Below are positions 34,313-42,932 of a DNA stretch of 47,883 nt, one piece after another. Origin of the DNA: a virus (taxonomy: Duplodnaviria > Caudoviricetes); the IMG/VR virus record IMGVR_UViG_3300002092_000065, positions 1 through 47,883 of that record; one strand, written 5' to 3'. Under the pieces are notes generated by a model. That model saw only the letters and a list, made by a program, of their open reading frames with translations, was not told the DNA's origin and searched no databases. Within the stretch, counting starts at the first letter, position 1, and each line of letters begins with the position of its first letter. Both the position numbers and the translations under genes were made by a program.

Positions 34313-36229
34313 CTACTTCCGGTAACGATCTCCCACCCAGCCCTCTGCGGCAAGTGGGAAGTCCGGAGCCCAACTCGGTGGTGTGGTCATGATATTGATC
34401 ACATCATCAAGTGCAACATCCCTTCTCTCTTCATCCACCAATAACAACACCTCATCGTGAATACTATTGACGATGGTGTATCCCGCTTTATCTAGGCTCA
34501 TCATAGAGAACGCCAAGAAGTCTCGAGCCGTCCCTTGTGTAGCACTCTGGAATATCGAGCTCCCAATCAATGGGTTGCGACTCCACTTGCGTGTGTAGGT
34601 GTTTACACTCATCACCGTCACAGCAAGCTTCTCTTGACCCCAAGGTGTCACCACCTCTTTGAGTTCTGGCGACTGCCAACAAATCAATCGACCACTAGGT
34701 AAGCGCATCCATAGGGCGCGATTGTCTGCCTTGATAATCAGCTTAGAGCCGGCATTAAATGGCGACCCTGGGTTTTGCACTGCATCAATTGCGGCGGCCT
34801 CGCACAGACTCCACAAAGCTTTGACCTTTGGATATGCGGCGCGGTAGTTATCAACCGCCTCTTGAGACTGCGCAAGAGACAATGTGACACCCATGCCTTT
34901 TGCGTAATCCACAAGTCCCTTGGATCCTTGGCCAAACATACATCCCAAAACTGCGGATTTCGCAATTTGCCGCTGATCTTTTGTCACCTCATCGTATGGG
35001 ACATTAAAAAGTGCGCCCGACGCAAACATCTTGTATTCATCCAAGCCCTTTCTAAACATCTCTACTTTGTCGTTTTGGTTCGCCAGATACACACCCACTC
35101 GATTTTCGATCGAAGAAAAATCGACGTCAACGAAGGTCTGTGCATCAGGAGCTTTGATAGCACTTCTAACCAATGACGACAGTTCTCGCATGGTGCCAAC
35201 TCCTTGGCCAAAGACTCTTGGGATCGCGTCCTCAATCTCGCTATCGCTAAGTGTAGGACGCGCGATATTTTGTAAATTGAGTCCACCGCGACTAGCCCAA
35301 CGGCCAGTACTCGCCCCATGATAGACCAGCGTATTTCTAATTCTTCCATTTCGTTGTATCTCCAAAATTTTAGCGTATTTAGCTACGCTAGTTTGACTAC
35401 CTTCTTGACGCAATTGTAAAGCTCGCTTTACTTTTTCGTTCAAGTTGGGCTCTTTTAATTTCTCTGTCACAGTTTCAGCTGTCAAGTTTTCTAACTTGGC
35501 ACCATGATCGTTTAACCAATTTAATAATTTCTGTCTTTCAGACGGTTTGCATCCGGTAAATTGCAATAATTCGTCATCAAGAGCCTTTTGTGCATTTTTT
35601 ACGGCGGTCACCGCATTTTCGACCTCCACAATCGACACAGGAACGCCGATCGTGTTGATCCTGTTAGTAAGGGTCCAGATCTGTTGCTCAATCGGATCTA
35701 GGTCCCTTAGCGTGCGTCCTATGGCCATCTCGGTCTTTACGTCGGTTTTACAGTACTCAAATAGCTGTTTTAAGAGCTCCGGATCATAATTAAACGCACC
35801 TTTGTGCGGTTTGCACAGTTTTTGGATGAGTTGCTTACCAATTGGATCTTTTTGATAGTCAGAATTCATCGCAGCACCTGCCTCTTCCAAACTTTGTGGA
35901 ATATTATTGGCGGCAGCGATACCCATGGTGTCGATACATTGTTCTAGTTTAAGTGGTGGCCAACCATATTTTGGAACGCAGACGCAATTCCAGATGGCAT
36001 ACTCAAACATGGCATTCCATGCTTGGATTTTACCACCTTCGCGAACATGATCTAGCAATATGGCGAGGTGTTGGTTTTTGTGTTGGGGGTCTACTACTTG
36101 GACATCCTCTGGCGTTGTACCAAAGGCAATACAAATTACTTGAGTTGAAAAGTCATTGGCATATACATCAAGGCCACGATCTTTTAGGTCGATAATACTA
36201 CGTGTTTCAAAGTCGATTGAATAAATCAT
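34313..36229 (-). CDS. polA: family A DNA polymerase with 3'-5' exonuclease
   Basis: ExoI IDFET, ExoII AWNAMFE, ExoIII YCKTD; motif A DFSSIE, motif B RQIAKSAVLGCMFG, motif C IHDE. Confidence 0.95.
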   Translation of the reverse strand: MIYSIDFETRSIIDLKDRGLDVYANDFSTQVICIAFGTTPEDVQVVDPQHKNQHLAILLDHVREGGKIQAWNAMFEYAIWNCVCVPKYGWPPLKLEQCIDTMGIAAANNIPQSLEEAGAAMNSDYQKDPIGKQLIQKLCKPHKGAFNYDPELLKQLFEYCKTDVKTEMAIGRTLRDLDPIEQQIWTLTNRINTIGVPVSIVEVENAVTAVKNAQKALDDELLQFTGCKPSERQKLLNWLNDHGAKLENLTAETVTEKLKEPNLNEKVKRALQLRQEGSQTSVAKYAKILEIQRNGRIRNTLVYHGASTGRWASRGGLNLQNIARPTLSDSEIEDAIPRVFGQGVGTMRELSSLVRSAIKAPDAQTFVDVDFSSIENRVGVYLANQNDKVEMFRKGLDEYKMFASGALFNVPYDEVTKDQRQIAKSAVLGCMFGQGSKGLVDYAKGMGVTLSLAQSQEAVDNYRAAYPKVKALWSLCEAAAIDAVQNPGSPFNAGSKLIIKADNRALWMRLPSGRLICWQSPELKEVVTPWGQEKLAVTVMSVNTYTRKWSRNPLIGSSIFQSATQGTARDFLAFSMMSLDKAGYTIVNSIHDEVLLLVDEERRDVALDDVINIMTTPPSWAPDFPLAAEGWVGDRYRK

Positions 36230-36266
36230 TTAATGCTCCTAAGGCTAAGGGACGTATCCCTGTTGG

Positions 36267-36340
36267 TGGAGCGGAATATCAGAATCGAACTGATGACAGA
36301 AGTTTGGAAAACTCCGGTTTTGCCATTAAACTAATCCCGC
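36267..36340 (-). tRNA. tRNA-Gly(UCC)
   Basis: GCGGGAT/ATTCCGC acceptor, anticodon arm GGAGT-TTTCCAA-ACTTC, ATCAG-TTCGATT-CTGAT T arm, TCCA end. Confidence 0.92.
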
Positions 36341-36346
36341 TTGGGT

Positions 36347-36428
36347 GGACTACTCGCTGCATCTAGGGGTGCAATCCATTTAGAGCCTATGCACCAGCGC
36401 TCACCTTTTCTAGCATCCGCTTTCGTCC
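36347..36428 (-). ncRNA. candidate structured RNA immediately upstream of tRNA-Gly
   Basis: GGAC-GAAA-GC-GGA-TGC..GCA-GC-GAGTA-GTCC closing arms with loop-E-like AGUA/GAA; inner GGTGCA/TGCACC stem. Confidence 0.5.
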
Positions 36429-36434
36429 GTAAAA

Positions 36435-36674
36435 CTATTCTGTTACCATAAATATAGGTGTTCCATCACCTAAGTAAGATCCTAACATGTTATATTCAAA
36501 CCAGTCAACAGCTTCTTCATTAGTCATTCCCTGATCTTCCATTAGGGATTGCAAAACTAAATGCGTGTCGTAGATTACTTTACTGCCATCATAAGTCATA
36601 CCTACTATACATTTGTCGTAATATTCACGAGGCTCCATAAGTAAAGCCTCTGGATCTAAACTATCAAGACTCAT
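36435..36674 (-). CDS. hypothetical phage protein
   Basis: GMTNEEAVDWFEYN..G..TPIF motif. Confidence 0.65.
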   Translation of the reverse strand: MSLDSLDPEALLMEPREYYDKCIVGMTYDGSKVIYDTHLVLQSLMEDQGMTNEEAVDWFEYNMLGSYLGDGTPIFMVTE

Positions 36675-36912
36675 AATCTTTCTCCGCGTTTGAGTAGATG
36701 GCGTCTAGATCATACCCCACGTTTCCATTTTGACCAACTATTTCCTGTCTTTTTTCGTCGGCCTCTGACCAAAGTTCCACAGGTTGATCGGTGGCAGGTT
36801 GAGGCTGTACCACTTTATTTTTACGGAAGATTCTGTCGAAGTTGTCTCCGTACTCTTTGCTATTGGTTCTGGATTGTATTGCATCTCCGGTAATGTCATT
36901 TTTTGCTACCAT
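36664..36912 (-). CDS. hypothetical phage protein
   Basis: KNDITGD.I..R..Y.DNFDRIF motif; AGGAG RBS. Confidence 0.65.
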   Translation of the reverse strand: MVAKNDITGDAIQSRTNSKEYGDNFDRIFRKNKVVQPQPATDQPVELWSEADEKRQEIVGQNGNVGYDLDAIYSNAEKDYES

Positions 36913-36929
36913 GTTAATCTCCTAAAGTT

Positions 36930-36960
36930 AAAAAAAGGAGCACCGGATCACCGATGCCCC
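36930..36960 (-). terminator. intrinsic terminator
   Basis: Minus strand GGGGCATCGG-TGAT-CCGGTGCTCC-TTTTTTT. Confidence 0.75.
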
Positions 36961-36984
36961 TCTCCCTTCACCACCACGTGAAAA

Positions 36985-37197
36985 CTACTTAGCTACCGCC
37001 TTACGTTTTGGGGTGGCTACTCCTTCAATCGGTACCTCAACTACATTATCTTTCAAAGACTCCAGTTTAATAATTAAATCTTTAGCTAGTGTATATACTG
37101 CCACTTGCTGAGGCGTATATAAATTAATGTGGACTTCTAAATTTTCAATAGCTAATTTAATTTCATTTTGAAGTGCTTGAATCTTATTATTGATCAT
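36985..37197 (-). CDS. hypothetical protein
   Basis: 70 aa, GGAG RBS. Confidence 0.55.
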   Translation of the reverse strand: MINNKIQALQNEIKLAIENLEVHINLYTPQQVAVYTLAKDLIIKLESLKDNVVEVPIEGVATPKRKAVAK

Positions 37198-37651
37198 CGG
37201 ATTCTCCGTAAGTTTTTAAAACCCAATTAGCAAAAGCGAGAAGTTCTGCCACATTTGCACTAGATTTCATAGTATTTGCTAATTGGGAAATTACTTGAAT
37301 ATTATCTTTTGTATATCCTTTAGAACTATCTATCCTATCAAGAGAAGGTGAATTTCTATATGCTCCCGATTTTCCGGAATTCATATTAAGTTGAATTCCT
37401 AATATGGGGCACACATTTGGGATTTTAATATCTTCTAAATCAATATCGAATTCTCTCCCAGATTTAATACATCTTTGTTTTGCTCTTTGATGCATTTTAT
37501 ATTCTGGTGTCATAGACTTTACTCTATCACTATTACAAGATTTACAAAGGGTCATTGCACTTGATTTTTCAAAAATTAAATGGCACTTTGTGCATTCTCT
37601 ATGAGTTTTGGATATTAAAAACCCTTCTCTATTTTTAGTTAGATTTTCCAT
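37187..37651 (-). CDS. HNH-like homing endonuclease with CxxC/CxxC zinc finger
   Basis: Start at ATG 37651 (1 nt after nrdJ stop); CPILG..SPSLDRIDSSKGYTKDNIQVISQLANTMKS. Confidence 0.75.
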   Translation of the reverse strand: MENLTKNREGFLISKTHRECTKCHLIFEKSSAMTLCKSCNSDRVKSMTPEYKMHQRAKQRCIKSGREFDIDLEDIKIPNVCPILGIQLNMNSGKSGAYRNSPSLDRIDSSKGYTKDNIQVISQLANTMKSSANVAELLAFANWVLKTYGESDDQ

Positions 37652-37652
37652 A

Positions 37653-39557
37653 TTATCTAATTGGACACGCTCCACCAGCACACTCATCATCATTACTTAA
37701 ATCTAAAGCTTGTTCAATTTTAGTAATCAATGATGTATTCGCAATAAGCTCATCATATACTTCTTTTGTAATTTCTTCAATAGGTGCTTGATGAAATCCA
37801 TGGTCTGAATGAAGTAGGAAGCTCAAAGATTTATGCCCATTTTTGTAATTCTTTTTCAAATACTCTCGAATTTCTGGTAACTCTTCTTTTCGGTAGTATA
37901 CGGTACAAGATACTGAATTATCAGACCAATCTTCTTGAAGTCGTTTAACTTCTTTTAGTTGATCAATGGCAGACATTTCAGCCGCCAACTTAGTGCCCTC
38001 AGGATAACTAAAAGGAAACTCCACTACCATAGTTGAATGATCTTCGGTACCATCAAAATTGCGTTGTGGTTCTACTTTATATCCATGTAACTTGCATGTT
38101 TCAATCAATGGATGTCCTGTTGCAATTCGAACACGGCGAATCATATATTGAGCATATGCAGGGTGGACGCCAGAGGTCACTCCTGGAAGCAATGATAATG
38201 TACCACTTGGCTTACAAGTTGTTAATTTTACAGAAGGATTGAATCCATGTATTTCACTATAAGATTTATCAAACTCTCGTAATTTAACATAGGCATCTGC
38301 TAACCAACTTCTTTGCTCTTCACTTGCTTGTAATACGCCTGTCACTCCCAAACCCATACGTTGTTGTTTATGCACAATGGCTTCGGTTTCTTTGTTATGA
38401 CATGGTAAATTTAAAGAGTGTTTGTTTACACGATATAGTAAATTGGCCATATCATCAAATTCTTCTTTATTTTGAATATTAGGCAAATAGATTTCAGCTA
38501 AACAGCATGTTTCATATGGAGCTAAAGACTGTTCGGCGCAAGGATTATATGCCTGTACCAAAGGATCTGGGTATTCTGTTTCTCCAAGGCGTCCTACTTT
38601 ACGAGACAACCTTAAATTGATAAGGCCGTAAGGTTCGCCTTTGCCTTCATACCCATCCCAAAAGTATTCATGCAAATCTGAAATGTCGTTACAAATGACA
38701 CTGTTGTTTGACATTGCTCTCCAACTTGGAATATTGCCCATATCCCAACGTTTGGCTAATAGGTATTCTACATCATCTGGATCACCAATTGCGATTTGAG
38801 CAGACCGGCGAACATTGCCCGCAACCACTACTGAACCAATGATATTCATAATATCTAACGCATCAATAGGGCGAATTTTCTTACCTAAGCGTTTAGATAA
38901 AATGGCGCTGATTTGATCAATGCCTCGAACCAAATCTTCTGGGCCACTAGCAACCCCGCCAAAGCCTTTAATAAGCGCACCTTTAGATCGGATTAATTGT
39001 GTGCTATAGGTGAATGTATTTGCCTCTTCTGATAAAAAAGCGGCTTTTAACGTTTTACCCAATAGCTTAACCCAACCTTCACGAGTATCTGGCACAATGA
39101 AATCTGCATCAGCATGGTCTACTCGAGTTGGTGCGATAAAGTTTGCATTAACCGGCGGTAATTTATCAACATTCTTTTTCTCAATGTTATATCCAACACC
39201 AGAACCTAACATCAACATGTCAAAAGCCCAAGTAAACGGGCGCACTGGGTGATCTACAACTGTTGCAGCACAATTTTGTAATGATGCTAATCCTAATTTA
39301 TTAACTGTATCTGTGCCTAGTTGCCATAAAAAACGGCCAGCAACAGTACCTTTTAATTCAAGCATATAGTTACGAAGTCGGTTAGCTTCTTCTTCTGTAA
39401 ATCCACAATTTAATTGAGTTTCACAAGCTTTAATAATTCGATCTACTGTTTGATCGAACTCTTCTGTGTTGCTATCTGGATTTGATTCTTCTAATCTACG
39501 AGCATACGTTCTTTTATATACTAAATATCCAATGGTGGACCATGGGGTGTTAGCCAT
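37653..39557 (-). CDS. nrdJ: class II (adenosylcobalamin-dependent) ribonucleoside-triphosphate reductase
   Basis: SLQNC, VAGNVRRSA, NPCAE, KPSGT, C-terminal CAGGACP; no nrdB. Confidence 0.9.
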   Translation of the reverse strand: MANTPWSTIGYLVYKRTYARRLEESNPDSNTEEFDQTVDRIIKACETQLNCGFTEEEANRLRNYMLELKGTVAGRFLWQLGTDTVNKLGLASLQNCAATVVDHPVRPFTWAFDMLMLGSGVGYNIEKKNVDKLPPVNANFIAPTRVDHADADFIVPDTREGWVKLLGKTLKAAFLSEEANTFTYSTQLIRSKGALIKGFGGVASGPEDLVRGIDQISAILSKRLGKKIRPIDALDIMNIIGSVVVAGNVRRSAQIAIGDPDDVEYLLAKRWDMGNIPSWRAMSNNSVICNDISDLHEYFWDGYEGKGEPYGLINLRLSRKVGRLGETEYPDPLVQAYNPCAEQSLAPYETCCLAEIYLPNIQNKEEFDDMANLLYRVNKHSLNLPCHNKETEAIVHKQQRMGLGVTGVLQASEEQRSWLADAYVKLREFDKSYSEIHGFNPSVKLTTCKPSGTLSLLPGVTSGVHPAYAQYMIRRVRIATGHPLIETCKLHGYKVEPQRNFDGTEDHSTMVVEFPFSYPEGTKLAAEMSAIDQLKEVKRLQEDWSDNSVSCTVYYRKEELPEIREYLKKNYKNGHKSLSFLLHSDHGFHQAPIEEITKEVYDELIANTSLITKIEQALDLSNDDECAGGACPIR

Positions 39558-39987
39558 TTTTATTATCCTTGTTTAATAGTTCATCTGCAATTAATTTAGA
39601 ATGCAATTCAGCATCCTGTTCAATCACTATATAATTCCAATTACTTGGTGGTGTGAATTTATCATTGGTATCTTCATACCGGCCTTCGCGAATTGTATCA
39701 ACCCAAACAATATACTGAGGTAAGAAGATTGCCCTAAGTAGTGGTGTTGGGCATACAAAATCGCATACTACAAAATCTACATTTGAGTCTTTAGCTAACT
39801 TGTTCATGCGGTGAGCTTGGCGCATACGACCTGAATCTGAGAAGTCCCAATCATCATTGTCTTTGCGCACTTGATCTGCATTAAACCACTTAACTGTCTT
39901 ACCCGCTTCTAATAACTCGTTTACTAAGGCTTTCGCAAGGGTTGTTTTACCTGCCCCCGGCAATCCCATAATGAGTACTTTTTCCAT
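39550..39987 (-). CDS. adenylylsulfate kinase (CysC)-like P-loop kinase
   Basis: MGLPGAGKTTLA, NADQVR, DWDFS..GR.RQ, DFVCPT. Confidence 0.7.
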   Translation of the reverse strand: MEKVLIMGLPGAGKTTLAKALVNELLEAGKTVKWFNADQVRKDNDDWDFSDSGRMRQAHRMNKLAKDSNVDFVVCDFVCPTPLLRAIFLPQYIVWVDTIREGRYEDTNDKFTPPSNWNYIVIEQDAELHSKLIADELLNKDNKNG

Positions 39988-39998
39988 ATTTTAGGGAC

Positions 39999-40023
39999 AA
40001 AAAGGCCGCTTATTAGGCGGCCT
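39999..40023 (-). terminator. intrinsic terminator after SSB gene
   Basis: Minus strand AGGCCGCC..AGCGGCCT then TTTT. Confidence 0.7.
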
Positions 40024-40034
40024 CTTCCAGTTAG

Positions 40035-40556
40035 TTAAATTGCGAAGTCTTGAGCTGCTGATGTACCACCGCCTAAGCGTTCACCGTCTGCAACCTTCAT
40101 TACGTTATTTAACCCACAAGCAATACCTTTCGATCCACTTGCGTTATATGGGTAGAATGTTACTGAAACACGACCATAGCATCCAGAGTAAACTTCATTT
40201 GGATCTAAGATCTCGTTCATGTCAGCATCGACAACACCCGGCTTTTGAACTGAGTTGGCATTAATGAAGTATGAGTTAGCATATGCCGCGTCGTCTTTCT
40301 CTTCATCGCCATCACGCAAACCACCTTTAAGACCCTTAGGTACCGCGCCACCAAAGAATGCCGCGTTAGATGTTTTAGCTTCCTCGAAAGCTTTGTTGAA
40401 TTTATCAATGGTAGCAGTATCGCTTTTAGGGATAATGATAGACACTGAATACTTTGGAGTACCGCCTTCAATAGCCGCTTGTGGTTGAAACAAGTGAGCG
40501 AATGATAGACGAACTTTACCTGAAACTACTTTCACTTTATTTGATGGTGTTGCCAT
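40035..40556 (-). CDS. ssDNA-binding protein, DUF2815 family
   Basis: VRLSFAHLFQP..KYSVS..LRDGD..YSGCYGR..GIACGLNNV..DGERLGG. Confidence 0.85.
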   Translation of the reverse strand: MATPSNKVKVVSGKVRLSFAHLFQPQAAIEGGTPKYSVSIIIPKSDTATIDKFNKAFEEAKTSNAAFFGGAVPKGLKGGLRDGDEEKDDAAYANSYFINANSVQKPGVVDADMNEILDPNEVYSGCYGRVSVTFYPYNASGSKGIACGLNNVMKVADGERLGGGTSAAQDFAI

Positions 40557-40572
40557 TTGTATTTCCTTTTTA

Positions 40573-40616
40573 ACGTTAGATCAAGGTCTTTAATGGGCGC
40601 CTAGATCGTCTAGCCC
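40573..40616 (-). promoter_or_regulatory. candidate H-type pseudoknot in SSB leader
   Basis: Minus strand GGGC/GCCC and GATC-T-AGG/CCT-T-GATC with A-rich loop, upstream of AAGGA SD. Confidence 0.45.
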
Positions 40617-40630
40617 TTCCTACAAAAACA

Positions 40631-40888
40631 TTATGCATCATGCAATAGCCGTAAGTCAAACAATGCTTGCTTCATTGCTAGTGCTTCTGCAAACTTTACT
40701 ACATGTTGAGATTTTGTCAATATCTTTGGTTCCATCTCAACTAATAGCATCATATCATACAAAGACTCTCGCACAATATTTAAATTCTCACGCATCTCAG
40801 GTTTTTGAAATGCTTCGAAGTCAGTTCTGTAATCTTCTATCATTTCATCTGGAATGTCAAACTTAAATTCCAAAAACTCAAAGATCAT
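40631..40888 (-). CDS. hypothetical protein
   Basis: 85 aa, ATGA overlap with upstream gene. Confidence 0.6.
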   Translation of the reverse strand: MIFEFLEFKFDIPDEMIEDYRTDFEAFQKPEMRENLNIVRESLYDMMLLVEMEPKILTKSQHVVKFAEALAMKQALFDLRLLHDA

Positions 40889-42021
40889 TGAAAATCGTCT
40901 TTCGCTGTGTTGGTATTGGCTTTAACCAATTTAGGTTGGCCTTCAGGTCTTTGGATGAGATCACCGAGCCAAGTTACGATTTGTCCTTTGCCTGCCAGCT
41001 TTTCAAGTGACGCAATAGACTTCATCTTTGGCTTCTCCCAGATCTCGTTTTTAGGGATGCCTTTTGAGATCAGTACCTCGGAGGCAAGCATCACATCAAT
41101 CACCTTACGATGTGTCACTGAGGTTGCCAATTTGTAGCCCCTTGGTGCAGTACCAGTTTCAACAGCCTTGTTTAATGCAAATTCTTCTACATCACCCACC
41201 CAGCTACGCAAGTCCTGTGCTTTATCAAGTACTTCGGCCATCTCTACGTCTGAAAGAAGAGGAGGATCCCTAAATTCCAATTTAGCTAAAGCTGTGTTAA
41301 ATTCAGCTCTTTCTCGACAAATAGATTTGGCTCTGCACCAACCGCAATGGTCACCTGCTACAAATTGCCCTGTTCCAAGCCAAGCCATTTTGGCTTTCTT
41401 AGCAACAAAGTTTTTACCCCAATCGACTAATTTGTCGATGGTAGTGCTTTCAGACGAAATCGAATTCAATCTCGGCTGAACTATAGTCCAAGTGATATTT
41501 TTGATACTTGGAAATTGTTCTTTAAATTTTTCATATGCCCCAAGTGCATATAATTTAAGCTGAGAATTTGATTCAGCAAATACCGGAACTCCTCGACCTG
41601 CCTTCAAATCTAAAACCCTAATTGAAGTAGGACTAATGATAACGCAATCAGCGCTACCGAACGCTTCCACCACATACTCAGTCAAATCTAATTTTTGTTC
41701 AATAAATACTTGGTCTTCTGATCCGATCTGTGATCTAACATACACCACGTAGCTATCTGCGGCCTCTTCTAACTCTTCAGAATATAAAGAATTGGACTTG
41801 CATGTCTCCATTTCTGCATTAAATTCATCTTCGGAGATTTGACCTAATTGAAAGCGTAGTTTGACTTCTGACATAGAATGGCATAAAGTCCCTTCTCCAG
41901 AAAAGTCAAATGCTGTTGAGTTACGTTTTGGTTCTGGTAGGGTAGATTCTAGTCTGGATGATGGGGTGCATACCAACCAACGATGAGATGAACTTGGACT
42001 TAATAAAGCATGTGCGGCCAT
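40885..42021 (-). CDS. DUF2800 / Cas4-like PD-(D/E)XK exonuclease
   Basis: HALLSPSSSHRW..C, FGSADC..DLKAG, QLKLYALG, HCGWC...C. Confidence 0.85.
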   Translation of the reverse strand: MAAHALLSPSSSHRWLVCTPSSRLESTLPEPKRNSTAFDFSGEGTLCHSMSEVKLRFQLGQISEDEFNAEMETCKSNSLYSEELEEAADSYVVYVRSQIGSEDQVFIEQKLDLTEYVVEAFGSADCVIISPTSIRVLDLKAGRGVPVFAESNSQLKLYALGAYEKFKEQFPSIKNITWTIVQPRLNSISSESTTIDKLVDWGKNFVAKKAKMAWLGTGQFVAGDHCGWCRAKSICRERAEFNTALAKLEFRDPPLLSDVEMAEVLDKAQDLRSWVGDVEEFALNKAVETGTAPRGYKLATSVTHRKVIDVMLASEVLISKGIPKNEIWEKPKMKSIASLEKLAGKGQIVTWLGDLIQRPEGQPKLVKANTNTAKDDFQ

Positions 42022-42054
42022 GGAATATTCCTTGAGAGGAGTTAGATTAATCTG

Positions 42055-42094
42055 AATATACCACAGAATAAAAAAGGAGACAAGTGTCTCCTTT
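42055..42094 (-). promoter_or_regulatory. terminator hairpin overlapping sigma70 promoter
   Basis: Minus strand AAAGGAGAC/GTCTCCTTT + T-tract; TTGTCT(42083-42078)-N17-TG-n-TATATT(42060-42055). Confidence 0.6.
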
Positions 42095-42115
42095 AGTTTG
42101 AAGCAAAATAATTAT

Positions 42116-42511
42116 TTACTTGGCGTCATTGAGGGATTTGATCAATTCTTGCACTTCTTTATTGAAATCTATGGTAACTTTTGCAGTTACGTCAACCTTC
42201 TGATCTTTAGATGTATCTTTGAACTCTTCAAATCGCTTCGTCATGATCTCAAATAATCGAGTGTTGTACGTACGATTTTCTAAGTTGGCCAATCCTTCAC
42301 GCTCCCACCAACACTGACTGGCAGTTGTGGCCATAGAGAAAGCTTCTTCAGCATCCGCGTCTTCTTTGCGAAGGCGTTGTGCTGTTGTCGCTGAGATACC
42401 AATTGCATGGTACATTTGTTTAAGCGTACCCCCACTGTTGCCGATCTCCATAATGAGATCAAACCATGTGGGGTTCCACTTAATTTTTTTGGGATTTGAT
42501 TTAGTTGTCAT
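42116..42511 (-). CDS. putative terminase small subunit (P22 gp3-like)
   Basis: N-terminal HTH, WWEREG..YNTRLF..M..RF, C-terminal KVDVTAKVTIDF strand. Confidence 0.55.
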   Translation of the reverse strand: MTTKSNPKKIKWNPTWFDLIMEIGNSGGTLKQMYHAIGISATTAQRLRKEDADAEEAFSMATTASQCWWEREGLANLENRTYNTRLFEIMTKRFEEFKDTSKDQKVDVTAKVTIDFNKEVQELIKSLNDAK

Positions 42512-42516
42512 ACTAT

Positions 42517-42547
42517 TACTAATGCAAATTATCCTTCAACTTCGCCC
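42517..42547 (-). promoter_or_regulatory. phage-specific promoter motif copy (leaderless transcript)
   Basis: GGGCG at 42547 + N16 + TGCATTAGTA 42526-42517; ATG 5 nt downstream. Confidence 0.75.
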
Positions 42548-42741
42548 TGATTTTTTGTCTCATCAAAGATTTTCTTGCGAGCGTGCATGTCACGAAGTGC
42601 GTCATTAATGACCAGCCTTGTAATAGCGCCGGCCATCTCTTGACGTTTCTTTTCCAACTTCTCTTCAGTTAACTGCTTCGCTTGCTCAATGGTTTCTTTG
42701 GTACCAATGCCAGCGATGAGTGATTTAACTAAGTCACTCAT
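42529..42741 (-). CDS. hypothetical protein
   Basis: 70 aa ORF in operon. Confidence 0.6.
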   Translation of the reverse strand: MSDLVKSLIAGIGTKETIEQAKQLTEEKLEKKRQEMAGAITRLVINDALRDMHARKKIFDETKNQGEVEG

Positions 42742-42743
42742 TA

Positions 42744-42932
42744 CTAAGCCTCTGGCTCTTCAGCTGGTTGTGCAGCTTGTAGCGCTTCTACTTGTGGGCC
42801 GCCTTGAGCTTGGATGTTATTAATCAAAGCCGCTGATTGTACAAATGGTGCTTGACCTAGTACGTTTAAGATTGCATTTACTTCGTTCACCGTGAAAGTG
42901 AAGTTAATTTTTGATTCGCCGATATCAGCCAT
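42744..42932 (-). CDS. hypothetical protein
   Basis: TVNEVNAIL..LG..PF motif; AGGAG RBS. Confidence 0.65.
   Translation of the reverse strand: MADIGESKINFTFTVNEVNAILNVLGQAPFVQSAALINNIQAQGGPQVEALQAAQPAEEPEA

Noticed and set aside
36230-36266. Theta/HDV-like ribozyme 3' of tRNA-Gly
   Set aside because: Only a short AGGGA-TACG-TCCCT hairpin before the polA RBS; no nested double pseudoknot.
40885-42021. Cas4-like nuclease as part of a CRISPR system
   Set aside because: No array or other cas genes; DUF2800 beside DUF2815 and PolA is an ordinary phage replication module.
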